From contig NC_086376.1 in assembly GCF_036588685.1 (NCBI RefSeq), positions 44,702,001 to 44,766,000 of the forward strand: a stretch of 64,000 bases of DNA, written 5' to 3'. Position numbers and translations under genes: made by a program. The DNA is from Mytilus trossulus. Lineage: Eukaryota. The notes beneath the pieces are model-generated. The model had not been told where the DNA came from, did no database searches, and saw only the letters and a program-made list of their open reading frames with translations. Position 1 is the stretch's first letter, and every line of letters begins with the position of its first letter. Below are positions 39,988 to 51,076 of this stretch, one piece after another.

Positions 39988-40425
39988 TTAGTTATCAAAG
40001 GTAACAAGATTATGATTAAGTACACAAGACGCGCGTTAATTTCGTCTACATAACACTCATCAGTGACGCTAATCAAAATAGTTACAAAGCCAAACAAGTA
40101 CAAAGCTGAAGAGCATTGAGGATCCAAAAACCCCAAAAGTTGTGCCAAATACGGTTAAGGTAATCTATTTATTCCTTGGATAAGAAAATCCTTTTTTTTT
40201 CGAAAAATTTAAAGTTTTGTAAACAGGAAATTTGTGATAATAACCACCACATAATTGATATTTATGTCAAGACCGTAGTGTTGACTATTGGGCTAATATA
40301 GCCTCAAGGACGAAATGTCCACCAGCAGTGGCATCGACCCAGTGGTTTAAATAATTATCAAATGTACCAGGATTATAATTCAGTACGTCAGACGCGTGTT
40401 TCGTCAGTGACGCTTATATCAAAAC
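39988..40425 (-). mobile_element. Retrozyme family A full unit with both hammerheads damaged
   Basis: Same direct-repeat layout (period ~360); one ribozyme has an insertion next to GAAA, the other a deletion removing stem II. Confidence 0.8.
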
Positions 40426-41285
40426 AAGTTACATAAATGTTGTTAGACGTATTCGTCTGTCAGACTTTAAAATTAAAGGAAAGACTGAAAGAAGTTATCA
40501 ATGTTCGTAAGGGGTTCCGCTTAACCCTGTGTCTCGCCTGTGATTAATGTTGTCAGTGTTTAAGGGTAACGTAAAAAAATCACTATATAAGAAAAATACT
40601 GAAAATGAAAAAATATATTTTCAGAAGATACTTTTTCTCTTAATTATAAAAGTTTCATTAAATTCTACAATCGTAATGCTTCACAAAAATGGCCATGCAT
40701 GCATGCATGCTGTGAAAAAAATCAAGGGGAAAAAAGCCTTCCACTTTTCTATTATTTGAGATAAACAATGCAATGCTACAAAGAGAATTATAAATGAAGA
40801 TTATATATATGTTTTTTAAACTTTTCGTTGTGTCAATTAAATATGTATTTCAAGTAAACCTTTGATTTAATAAATAGTCTTGTTCATACAATATCAACTA
40901 AAGCAATATGAAATTATGGAAACATAAATCAACATGTTTTCGCCAATTTAATTTGTTTAAAGCTTTTCTGTTATTTATATTTGATAATGCAATTATTTAC
41001 TTAAACCCGACATAACTTGACTTGGTGTAGTAGCTGGTAGTCTCAACTAATTAACTGAGAAAATTGTACAATTTGCATTCACTCCATTAAATACTATGAC
41101 AAATAGACACTGGTCCGTATGAAACCTTGCAATGCTTAATTTCTCTTGTTAATTAAAGAAAAGGAAGTAATTTATAAAATCAATAATTTTACAAGTTGCA
41201 CTTGGTTTGAATATGGAAGTTAGTATGTATTCAGTCTATCGTGATAATATAAATTCATTCAAGGATTTGTATAGTCACGCCTTAA

Positions 41286-41444
41286 GGGCATACGATACAG
41301 TTTTGATCCCGTATTTACATTTTGATAAAAATTTGGCACATGAAGGCATATTTTTTACATATTTGATTTAATCAGGTAAAAATTAATCTATATGGAAATT
41401 TCTATTAAACTGTAAATACGGGATTAAAACTGTATCGTATGCCC
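41286..41444. mobile_element. 159-bp MITE with ~35-bp TIRs and TTAA TSD
   Basis: TTAA|GGGCATACGATACAGTTTT...AAAACTGTATCGTATGCCC|TTAA. Confidence 0.85.
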
Positions 41445-41983
41445 TTAAAATTTACACCAGCGGACATATAGATGGAACCCCTTTTTCAAAATGGTTGGAT
41501 CCGCCTCTGCGGGGAGGGTTGAGATCTCAAAAACATGTTTAACCCCGCCGCATTTTTGCGCCTCTCCGAAGTCAGAAGCCTCTGGCCTTTGTTAGTCTTG
41601 TATGATTTCTAATTTTAGTTTGTTTCTTGTGTAAAATTCGGAGTTAAGTATGACGTCCATTATCACTGAACTAGCATAGATTTTTGTTTAGGGTCAGATG
41701 AAGGACGACTCCGGGTGCGTGAATTTCTCGCTGCATTGAAGAGTTGGACCTATTGATGACCTTCTGATGTTGTCTATTCTATGGTCGGGTTGTTATCATT
41801 TTGATACATAATTCACATTCCCCATTTCCATTCTCAATTTTATGGTATCTCAAATGGAATGAAATACTGTAAAGTGAGGCTTGTACGTGACAATAAAAAT
41901 AAAACTTTATTTAAAGGAGTCAAACAGTATACACTAAAATAAATAAAAAAGTAGAATGACTGTCTTGCTCTATTGTTATATAT

Positions 41984-42655
41984 ACTGTCTGTCTACTCCT
42001 TGCTACAATTGTTGTACGATCTTATAATAACCTAGTTGATACATATATGGTCTTGTTTTGCTTACTAGACTCTAACCCTAGCTACAGTTGTTTTAAGATT
42101 TTATAATAACCTAGTTGATACATACTGTCTGTCTATCTCCTAGCTATAGTTGTTGTAAGATCTTATAATAACCTAGTTGATACATACTGTCTTGTCTACT
42201 CCTAGCTACAGTTGTTGTAAGATCTTATAATAACCTCGTTGATACATACTGTCTGTCTACTCCTAGCTACAGTTGTTGTAAGATCTCATAATAACCTAGT
42301 TGATACATACTGTCTGTCTACTCCTAGCTACAGTTGTTGTAAGATATTATAATAACCTAGTTGATACATACTGTCTGTCTACTCCTAGCTACAGTTGTTG
42401 AAAGATCTCATAATAACCTAGTTGATACATACTGTCTGTCTACTCCTAGCTACAGTTGTTGTACGATATTATAATAACCTAGTTGATACATACTGTCTGT
42501 CTACTCCTAGCTACAGTTGTTGTAAGATCTCATAATAACCTAGTTGATACATACTGTCTGTCTACTCCTAGCTACAGTTGTTGTACGATATTATAATAAC
42601 CTAGTTGATACATACTGTCTGTCTACTCCTAGCTACAGTTGTTGTAAGATTTTAT
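41984..42655. repeat. 61-bp minisatellite, ~11 copies
   Basis: Unit TACTGTCTGTCTACTCCTAGCTACAGTTGTTGTAAGATCTTATAATAACCTAGTTGATACA. Confidence 0.95.
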
Positions 42656-43124
42656 TGATAAGAAAGCTTAAGAACTCTGGAAATAATTTCGTTTAAAAGT
42701 TTTTAATTAATCAATCTTGACATTAAAATAAAACAAGAAAAAAAGAGAGAAAAAGGAGGGGTCATGCCCAAACAGCATGTGCAATCAATTTGTCTTTATG
42801 TAATCATTCATTTTTCTTATCATTCGTTCGGTAATGCAGATCATGTTGCAGGAGATTCTTATTTTTGCCCTTTTATTGCATGCTATGGGGATGATTTTGC
42901 TCGCTGTTAAAGATGGTACGGTCTTGTTTTGCTTACTATACTAGTATACGGAATCTGTTTTCTAATTGTTAAAAGCGTATATTGTTCTGTTGTTGTTTAC
43001 ATCATTGTCCTTTGGTCTTTGGTTGACAACTGCTGTCTCACTGACAATCGTATCACATCTCCTTATTCTTATATATAAATCTAAGATTCCAAAAACAGTA
43101 ACACAATCGTTCTTTTTTCAAAAT

Positions 43125-43130
43125 TTTATT
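43125..43130 (-). promoter_or_regulatory. Candidate polyadenylation signal of the 10-exon gene
   Basis: AATAAA ~75 nt after the stop codon; weak evidence in AT-rich DNA. Confidence 0.4.
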
Positions 43131-43205
43131 AAATTGATTAAAATTAAAAAAGTTATATGTACAATTAAAACATTCATTTGGCTTATAATTGGTTTTTTTT
43201 ACAAT

Positions 43206-43567
43206 TCAAACTACCAATATGTTTTCTTCAAGTTTAATTTCATCAATGCATTCAGCAATAATTTTCTTGATCATAGGTACTACCACTGCATTTTCTTGAT
43301 CTTTCTTTTCTGTGTTTTCGTTCTCGGCTATAACACAGGGAGTATCTCCCTGTCCTCTGTAATCGTAAGAACAATCGGTAACTTCAATTGTTGGAAAAGC
43401 TTTGAGTGATGCTTCTGATGTCACACCTTTTGCTGATGTTGTTTTTGCATCTTCTGATCTTAAGAAATAAAATCCCCATGTCTTCCTCCTAAAGAATGCA
43501 TTCTGTCTGACCCATCCAAAACCCACATTTCCTTCCATTAAAGACAACTTTAATTTGATTTGGTAAC
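43206..43567 (-). CDS. Uncharacterised 480-aa protein, exon 10 (SH3-like second half and acidic tail)
   Basis: aacag|GYQIKLKLSLMEGNVGFGWVRQNAFFRRKTWGFYF...VV*; phase consistent. Confidence 0.82.
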
Positions 43568-44028
43568 CTGTTGTATTAAAAAAAAAAACATAAAATAAAT
43601 ACTACAAGTTGTAAAATTGGCAATCATGCCACATCTCGTTATTTGTCTACCACATCTTCTTCAAAATATATATAACACATCTTCGTATTTATTTACCAAA
43701 TCTTCTTAATCTTACACGATTGATGATTTGGCAATCTTTAATTCTAAAAGAAGGAAAACTTTGATTAATTTCACTTCTAATGTATGTTTTCCGAACTCTT
43801 GGTTCTGCATTTTGAACTAAACAAAGATTGTGGGTTTTCATGGCGTATTCTTCTGTATGAAGAATCAAGATACTAGTATGTGTAATTTGTGTGATCAGAA
43901 CAATTCATTTTCAGTTTTGTTTTTTTTAAATATTTTGAAAATTGATTTAACAATTCGATTTTATTCGGGATATAATTCAAAATCGGTCGGTTGAAGCATT
44001 CAATCCTAATAATAAATACTGAACAAAC

Positions 44029-44118
44029 CTGCTTTGATGTTGGTTATTCCTCTGCATTTTTCATCACGAGTAACTGGGTTTATTCGAATTCCGCCATTTA
44101 TGGGGAAGAAACAGCCTT
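44029..44118 (-). CDS. Uncharacterised protein, exon 9
   Basis: AG/GT bounded; EGCFFPINGGIRINPVTRDEKCRGITNIKA. Confidence 0.78.
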
Positions 44119-44420
44119 CTAAAATAAAAATTAAAATGAAATATTGAATAGAAGAAACTAAATTGTAGTTAAAATGTTTACTCTTTTTGAACAGATTGAA
44201 TATCTTTGCCCTATAAATCTAGCTGTATTCATCTGTTAATAACAACTAACATATACTACTATGTAAATTTCATATGTAGTTACTCTTAAACGACAGTTCG
44301 AAATATTTGGACGAATTAATTATTTTCTTTTTTTACAGTTACTTACAATTTAAAATATACATAAAATATAAATAAAACCAAAACCAAAAATATTGTAAAT
44401 ATACAAAAAAAAAGAGTTAC

Positions 44421-44571
44421 CTTCACCACTCTCCTTTTTTTCAAACAAAGATTTTTTCTCAGAAGATTTTCTGAAGAAGTTTGCATTCTTTATTCCCAGC
44501 ACTTCAAAATCACACTTCTTGTAATATATATCGGCCAACTTTTCGTATGATCCAGTAGCTTGGATAAAATC
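44421..44571 (-). CDS. Uncharacterised protein, exon 8
   Basis: AG/GT bounded; DFIQATGSYEKLADIYYKK...KESGE. Confidence 0.8.
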
Positions 44572-45028
44572 CTACAAAACAAATCTTGCATATTATCTTT
44601 CATTTAAACTGAAAACTGCATGATGATATTTTTTTTTGAGAAAATTACATAAGTTTAGAAGTTATTTTAAAGTTAAAGTTTTGTAAGAATTTGATATGTT
44701 TCTGTACAACACGTTATATTGATCACAAATAGTCCTTGCTTAAAATATAAGAAATTTCATTTGAATTCTCGTACAAATAATCTCCAATAAATATAATAAG
44801 ACAGTGGCGAATCCAAAAGTGTTTGTAATAAGGGGTCTCCAGTATTGCTTCAGTGTTTTCCTATTTAATCAACCAAATTTTCTCCACAAATGAGGAGGTC
44901 GACCCCCCCCCCTGGATCCGCCTATTTTTAAAAAAATACGGACGTTTTTAGATTAACTTTGTATCTGTGTGAATGATAATGTTTCAGTAACGATCAGTAC
45001 TTCGGGGCCGTACTTGAAGTATACAAAC

Positions 45029-45131
45029 CTCAGGTACTGGTGTGTTGTAGGTGGCTGATGTTATCTCATATAACTTATCAACGATGCCATCAATATTAAC
45101 TGCTATTAGTTGTTGATCAACCAAGTTAAAT
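45029..45131 (-). CDS. Uncharacterised protein, exon 7
   Basis: AG/GT bounded; FNLVDQQLIAVNIDGIVDKLYEITSATYNTPVPE. Confidence 0.78.
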
Positions 45132-45439
45132 CTGAAAAAAAAAATCATTGCTTAAGATCAAATTCATCTACAGTTCCACACATGAAACTGGAGGTCTTAC
45201 TGATTCTATTGTACTCTTTTAATTCATGTCAAGCAACATTGTAGAATGACCTGATATTTTTTTAACTGTTCGTAAAAGCATCGAGTTCAGACATTTGTCC
45301 ATTGAGCAATACATTCAAAAACTAATAAACACCATATTCAAGCATACTACTATTAGATATAGATCAATATAAGATATATTCTACCACAGACACATACTAT
45401 TCTAGAGGAAATTATCACAACAACCATGAAAGTTCATAC

Positions 45440-45546
45440 CCTTCTTGTTCCGTTGCCAAGTATGCAGCCTGTATCATGTCACTGTAGGCATGGATTAAGC
45501 TTTCTTTCATGACAGATGACAACTTTTCTCGGATGGCAGCCACTTT
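45440..45546 (-). CDS. Uncharacterised protein, exon 6
   Basis: AG/GT bounded; KVAAIREKLSSVMKESLIHAYSDMIQAAYLATEQE. Confidence 0.8.
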
Positions 45547-46123
45547 CTATAAAAAAAATAAGTTTGAAAATATGTGCTTTGCAAACTTTTAATGATAAAT
45601 ATAACCTAAGAAACCTGATAGTAACTAACGAACTCAAAAGGAATTACAATAAACAGTTGGTAAGGCTTCTAAATTCCTCTGGACAAAAATGTGTGTTGTC
45701 TGCTGCAGCTACATTCATTATTTACATTTTAGTCAATTGCCTTTATCTCTCGCCCGGCCCGTCTTCGATAATACTGGTACCGACATTAAAAAATAACAGG
45801 GACGAATTTATCCTAAAGTTCCTTCACTAAGTCAAAACGAGTCAATTTTCAAAAGGTTAACTAACGATTTTGTTTTCGCCTTTGACCTTGGATTAGTTAC
45901 TAGTGACTAAAATTTTATTCTCATTTTTTATAATTAGTTGTAAATTTCTATAAATGCAGGACCAACAAATTTTAAACAGGAACACCAGATTTGTTGCCTG
46001 GTGTTCATTTTGACAACCTGACTAAATAATTTCCATAAACGTCATTAAAAATAAAGAAAAAGAAAATAATCTGTGAACAGAAAATTGATGGACATAGTTT
46101 ACAGCAAGTTAAACATATTTTAC

Positions 46124-46348
46124 CTGCGAAACAGCTGTTCTCAATTTCTTCTCATCTTCCATTTTTTCTTGGAAGCAAACCAGTATAGCTTTGTAACGTT
46201 TTGCTACCTCACTCTGCTTTGATACTAGGTTATCATATTTGCGTTGACTCTTACTAGTAACATCTTGTCCGTCATCTGTGTTTTTCTCCAAGAAAGTGTC
46301 CATTCTATTGTTCCTGTGTTTCAGGCGTTTTTCCCAGAACCAACAATC
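46124..46348 (-). CDS. Uncharacterised protein, exon 5 (coiled coil)
   Basis: AG/GT bounded, 75 codons; DCWFWEKRLKH...KKLRTAVSQ. Confidence 0.82.
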
Positions 46349-46731
46349 CTTGACAGAATAAAAATCAAAGACTGTACATGAGTTTAAGAAATAAAGGGTT
46401 GTGTCCAAATATTAACTACATGCATATTCAAAATCATTGAAATCTCAAATTAATTCCAAGCTCGTTTTGATGACGTCATCAGGAGGACTTTTTCCACAAT
46501 ATTTCTCTTTATGATTCATTTAAAAATTTCCGATAAAGTTTCAGATTCAGAGTAATTTTTAAAGGGAGTTAGTTAAATGATGGCAACTTGATTTAACACT
46601 ATAAATGTAATTCATTTGATGTTTTATAAATGTCCGAATCTATAATCGTACGATGTCCAGTCTTGTGTTTTCTTTTCTTTATTTTATTAACATGTTACTA
46701 TAATATATATATAGTAGTTCTTATAACTTAC

Positions 46732-46837
46732 TTTCTGTAAATCCCTGAGTCCCTCCAGGCATATGATATGACTCCTTATTTTACGACTCACTTCCTTCTC
46801 CATTATTATAATATCTTGACAAATACTAGAATCAAAT
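46732..46837 (-). CDS. Uncharacterised protein, exon 4
   Basis: ttcag/GTAAGT bounded; FDSSICQDIIIMEKEVSRKIRSHIICLEGLRDLQK. Confidence 0.8.
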
Positions 46838-47039
46838 CTGAAAGCAGAATGAAATGCGGGTTAAGATAATTTGGTGATGTCAATGATATTTTGCGATCTG
46901 TATCTAAAGACTTTCTCTTGAATATGTTGTTAAAGCAAAGTTCTACAGCTAGCTTATATAAAACATTTAATAATATACAATTAAACACGTTAACAGTATA
47001 CCATTTGTGATTGTATAATCATCTTATACATGTACTCAC

Positions 47040-47154
47040 GTCACGTCAAAGTTTGGTATCTTTTCTTTCATGACAGCATTGTCTGGTGTCTGACAGTTTA
47101 GAAGATAGGCGGTGTTACAAAGTGGCACCAACAAGTCCTTCATTTCAACCATAC
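47040..47154 (-). CDS. Uncharacterised protein, exon 3
   Basis: cag/GTGAGT bounded; MVEMKDLLVPLCNTAYLLNCQTPDNAVMKEKIPNFDV. Confidence 0.8.
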
Positions 47155-47441
47155 CTGTCAAATAATAATATATAATATACATAAACAAGTTATCAATAAT
47201 CCACAGTCCATACAAAAGATATGAAATAATTTTATATAGACTGCAGAGCTGTCTACATATTTAATTAAAGCAATGTTATGTTTCTTCTTTTTTTATTTAA
47301 ATACAATTTACTTATAAGGCGAAGTGTACATAATTGCACGCCTTTTACGGAATACATTGTGTAGTTTAATTACGTACACTTCGCCTTAACATGCTTAACA
47401 AGTGTGGACACATATCAGTGTGGATAGTATGTTAATACAAT

Positions 47442-47467
47442 CTGAGACTACTATATAGTAGTCTCAG
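47442..47467. mobile_element. 26-bp perfect palindrome with 7-bp flanking duplication (micro-insertion)
   Basis: ATACAAT|CTGAGACTACTATATAGTAGTCTCAG|ATACAAT. Confidence 0.7.
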
Positions 47468-47886
47468 ATACAATCAAAGATCAGAAGGCATCTCCAAATA
47501 ATATAGGAGCATACAAATCAATATATAATCTAAGAGATTCCAAACATAAGTCGGACCATTTCTTTAGTACTACAAACGGGTTTTAGTCATTAAGGCTCAA
47601 AAAGGTTAAAGGGTGCGGGAATTTCTAGCTGCATTGAAGACCTATTGGTGACCTTCTGCTGTTGTCTGTTCTATGGTCAGGTTGTTGTCTCTTTGATACA
47701 TTCCCAATTTCCATTCTCATTTTTTTCATCACTTATACTTTTTTTAGGGGGGGGGGGGGGTGTCACATTTCGAATTCATTATATTTGAATTATTTCAAAG
47801 ATATATGCTCAAAGGTGAAAATTATTAACTTATTCGATTCGAAACAATATTTGTAACATTACAAATTGAATGATTAACAAGAATAC

Positions 47887-48017
47887 CGAAATAGTCATTT
47901 TCCTGGGAATATGCCATTCTCTTCGCTACATATATTGGTGCTGGCATTCCGTTTACTGTAAAAGCTTCCATTGCATATTCCTTCAAAAGCCTACAGTATC
48001 CTTTATACTGGTCAATT
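47887..48017 (-). CDS. Uncharacterised protein, exon 2
   Basis: AG/GT bounded; IDQYKGYCRLLKEYAMEAF...ENDYF. Confidence 0.8.
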
Positions 48018-48298
48018 CTAAAAGATAACAATAATAATCAAAAATTGGTAATAAATAAAATAATGTTATACGGAAGATTAACCGATGTTTTTATGATAAG
48101 CTGTATAACTATCAATGATATTTTTCTTTAGTTTCTAGTAAAACATTATTATCTTGTCAGAAGCCTCTGATGCATTTTACTTCGAAAACCATGCCAAACT
48201 ACGTTCATTTTTATCGCCTTTAGTCTTTGAAGAATAGCTTATTAAAATACAAACGTATAAAGTTAATATCCACAAATTAATGGTAACTAAATACATAC

Positions 48299-48351
48299 CT
48301 AATAAACTGCTTCAAGATTAAGTCAAGTCTTGAAATTGAAATACTCTCCAT
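48299..48351 (-). CDS. Uncharacterised protein, first coding exon
   Basis: AAGATGG start context; MESISISRLDLILKQFI(R)|GTATGT; phase 2 fits exon 2. Confidence 0.7.
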
Positions 48352-50481
48352 CTTTAAGAATAGTTGATTTTTTTCAAAAAAAAATTGAAGTTTCAATATA
48401 AGCGTTCTCTTTACTACTAAAGCGACAACTCTACTGAACGTCGCCAAGGTACCTCAGCTGGACAACGTCACAATGTTGCGACCACATCATCGTTGACATT
48501 CGGATGTTGTTTGTCGTCTCTTGGACTTTTCTGATTTCTTCCATTAACTTTTTCCACTGCATATGCTCTGAATAAATGGTCCATGCATGAGCACGAGTTT
48601 TCTCTGTACATTTTGATCCCGTTAGAAGAATATGTAATTATATCTGACAGATATGGATGAATGATGCGCAAAATTTAATTTATTTAGCGTATGTTTAATT
48701 GATAGCTATGATTTATCAGTCATCATAATATCTTTATTGCAAAATTACACCCATAAGGGTCAAGCAATACCATTATACATATAACACTCATAAGCTTGTC
48801 TGAAATGGGCCCGACTTCATTGAGGTTCCAAAGACTGCTTAATGAAGACTTCATTATGACAAACAAGTTCATAGATGGGGTTAAGAATGTGTTTTAGTTT
48901 ATTAAATGCATCAAGATGTTTAAAATGGTACATGAACGCAATGATATGTTAATGTTACAATGCAAAAAGAAATATATTCGTCATCTAGGACTCCACATTT
49001 TTTACATTATCTTTGTGCTCTTGGAATGTTTCTGTACCTTCATAATTCAATGCCTAGAGAATTATAACTAAGTCTAACTTTTGAAATTTTAAAAATGCCT
49101 ATGTTAAAAAATATTTCAATTTAAATATTCCTCAGACTGACAAATATTTTTTTAATTTCCCATAAAGACAAAGTTTGGATGAGGAATCCATTTTTGAAAG
49201 TTTATTTAAAGTAGTTTTTTTTCATTTTCCTCTGACACTCACTTTTTTATATTACATTTTAAAACTTTTTTAAATTATTTAAAAGGTGCATTAATATTAG
49301 AGTAATTTTCTGTGATTATTTTCATATCTTTAAAAAAAAATATCTTCAATGTGAGTTTCAAGAATAAATTCATGCCGAATGAAAATTTATGATTCTTTAA
49401 CCAGGGGATTATAATATCATTATAGTTTATTCTATAAAAATACATGAGTGTTTGAGTTTTTTTTATAAGAGTCCAAAGTAAATATCTAGCACCTTTGTAA
49501 GTGGCTGTCTTTTTCTCCTAATGCTGCTTTACAAACACAAAAGAAAAGAAATATTTCATTTGGCGTATTAATAAAATGCGCTGCATTTGTGTTTATTTTT
49601 TAAAGAGAAAAAAGAAAAATAATAACTTTTCAACAAAATATATTTGAAAAGTAAGACCCTGCGTATCACTTATCAAAATAGAAAATTATCAAAAAAAAAT
49701 ATAGAATGTTCGCCCCCTTCTTGAAGAGTCATTTGGCACTACTTATGACTGTACAACTCTTAGTTTCCGTTAGTGCCGATCATTGTCCGGTAGTAAATTG
49801 GATTATAAAAGTCAATGGAATGTGCTATTTTTTAGTACTCAGAAACTGAAATGGACAATACGGACAGTCTGTAACGTCATTACATTCATGTTCTATTCCG
49901 AACAAGATAAGGTATGTATGCATGAAATAGGATAGCACGTTTTGCAATTCAATGTTCAAATCTAGGCAGAGCAGAATGAGAATAGAGGGTATGTAGTTCA
50001 GTGACAGAAAAATACGAATGTTAAAATTTTCTTCCCTGAAATAACAATTGAATTCATTATTGTCCATTGCAACATTTTATAGATAGGCCCACTGGTATAG
50101 AACACATACCAGATGAAATACTGGTAAGGGTCTTTCGTAGTAGTATAGCGGTTTGTACAACACAATTCTACACGATGCGGGGCATATTATAAGTGTTGAT
50201 CAGGGTTTTGATGATTAAAATCCCGAATTTTTTTGTACTTCGGCCGGTTTTTTGCATGAAACAATATCTCCAACAAGACTGGATTGATATGATATCTAAC
50301 GTCAATAAGTTCCACGAAGTTGCACGAATATTGACTGAGAAGGGGAAAATATTTTGAAAATATGCCCAATCAACATCTCGGGATTCTATATAGTGAGAAC
50401 GACTTTCTAGTATATAATAATTTTCTGCAAAATCTGCGATTCAATTCATAACTTTTTCTGCAAAATTAATTTCTTGATTTC

Positions 50482-51072
50482 TTGATTGTTTCACCATCTA
50501 AAAATAGGTTGATGCTATCTAGCATTAAACTATGGGGTCATTTAATCACTTCAGAAGGAAGTTTAGTTCACCAAATATATGATGCTACAAAAAAAGCAAC
50601 CCATGGGTTAAATATTATTATTCAAAACTTAGGTTTATCTTATTTGTCAAATGATAACCTTACTATTAAACCCCTGTTTGGTTTTATAAAACAAAGACTT
50701 ATTGACCAGGGTTTTTCAGGAACAGCATGGAAATATTTCAGCATCTCCTTAATTAACATTTTTCCAGAGTGTTTACAAAATGAGTGAACGGGCAGGTTAT
50801 GTTGATGCTTTAAAAATAGATCAGATCGATCACCATTATGTAAATTAAGAGTTAGTGCTCATAACCTTGCCATTGAAAGAGGAAGATATTAAAAAATGCC
50901 CAGAGATCAATTTGTGAAATCTTTAAAGGTGGCGAAATTGAAAATGAACAGCACATGTTGCTACACTGCAGCGGTTACTCCAGTATTAGAGAGACTTTTG
51001 TATTAAAAATGTTCAAAATTACAGGAAAAAGTGTTACCACATTGTGCGATAAAAATAAAATAAATCTTATAC
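50482..51072 (+). mobile_element. 5'-truncated non-LTR retrotransposon ORF2 C-terminus (degenerate)
   Basis: IKQRLIDQ...LCKLRVSAHNLAIERGRY...EIENEQHMLLHC..Y with stops and frameshifts. Confidence 0.75.
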
Positions 51073-51076
51073 TTAA

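Noticed and set aside
41984-42655. CRISPR-like periodicity
   Set aside because: Units are contiguous with no unique spacers; eukaryotic context, no cas genes
48468-48671. 67-aa ORF upstream of the 10-exon gene
   Set aside because: Ends in a stop with no usable donor; more likely 5' UTR or promoter sequence
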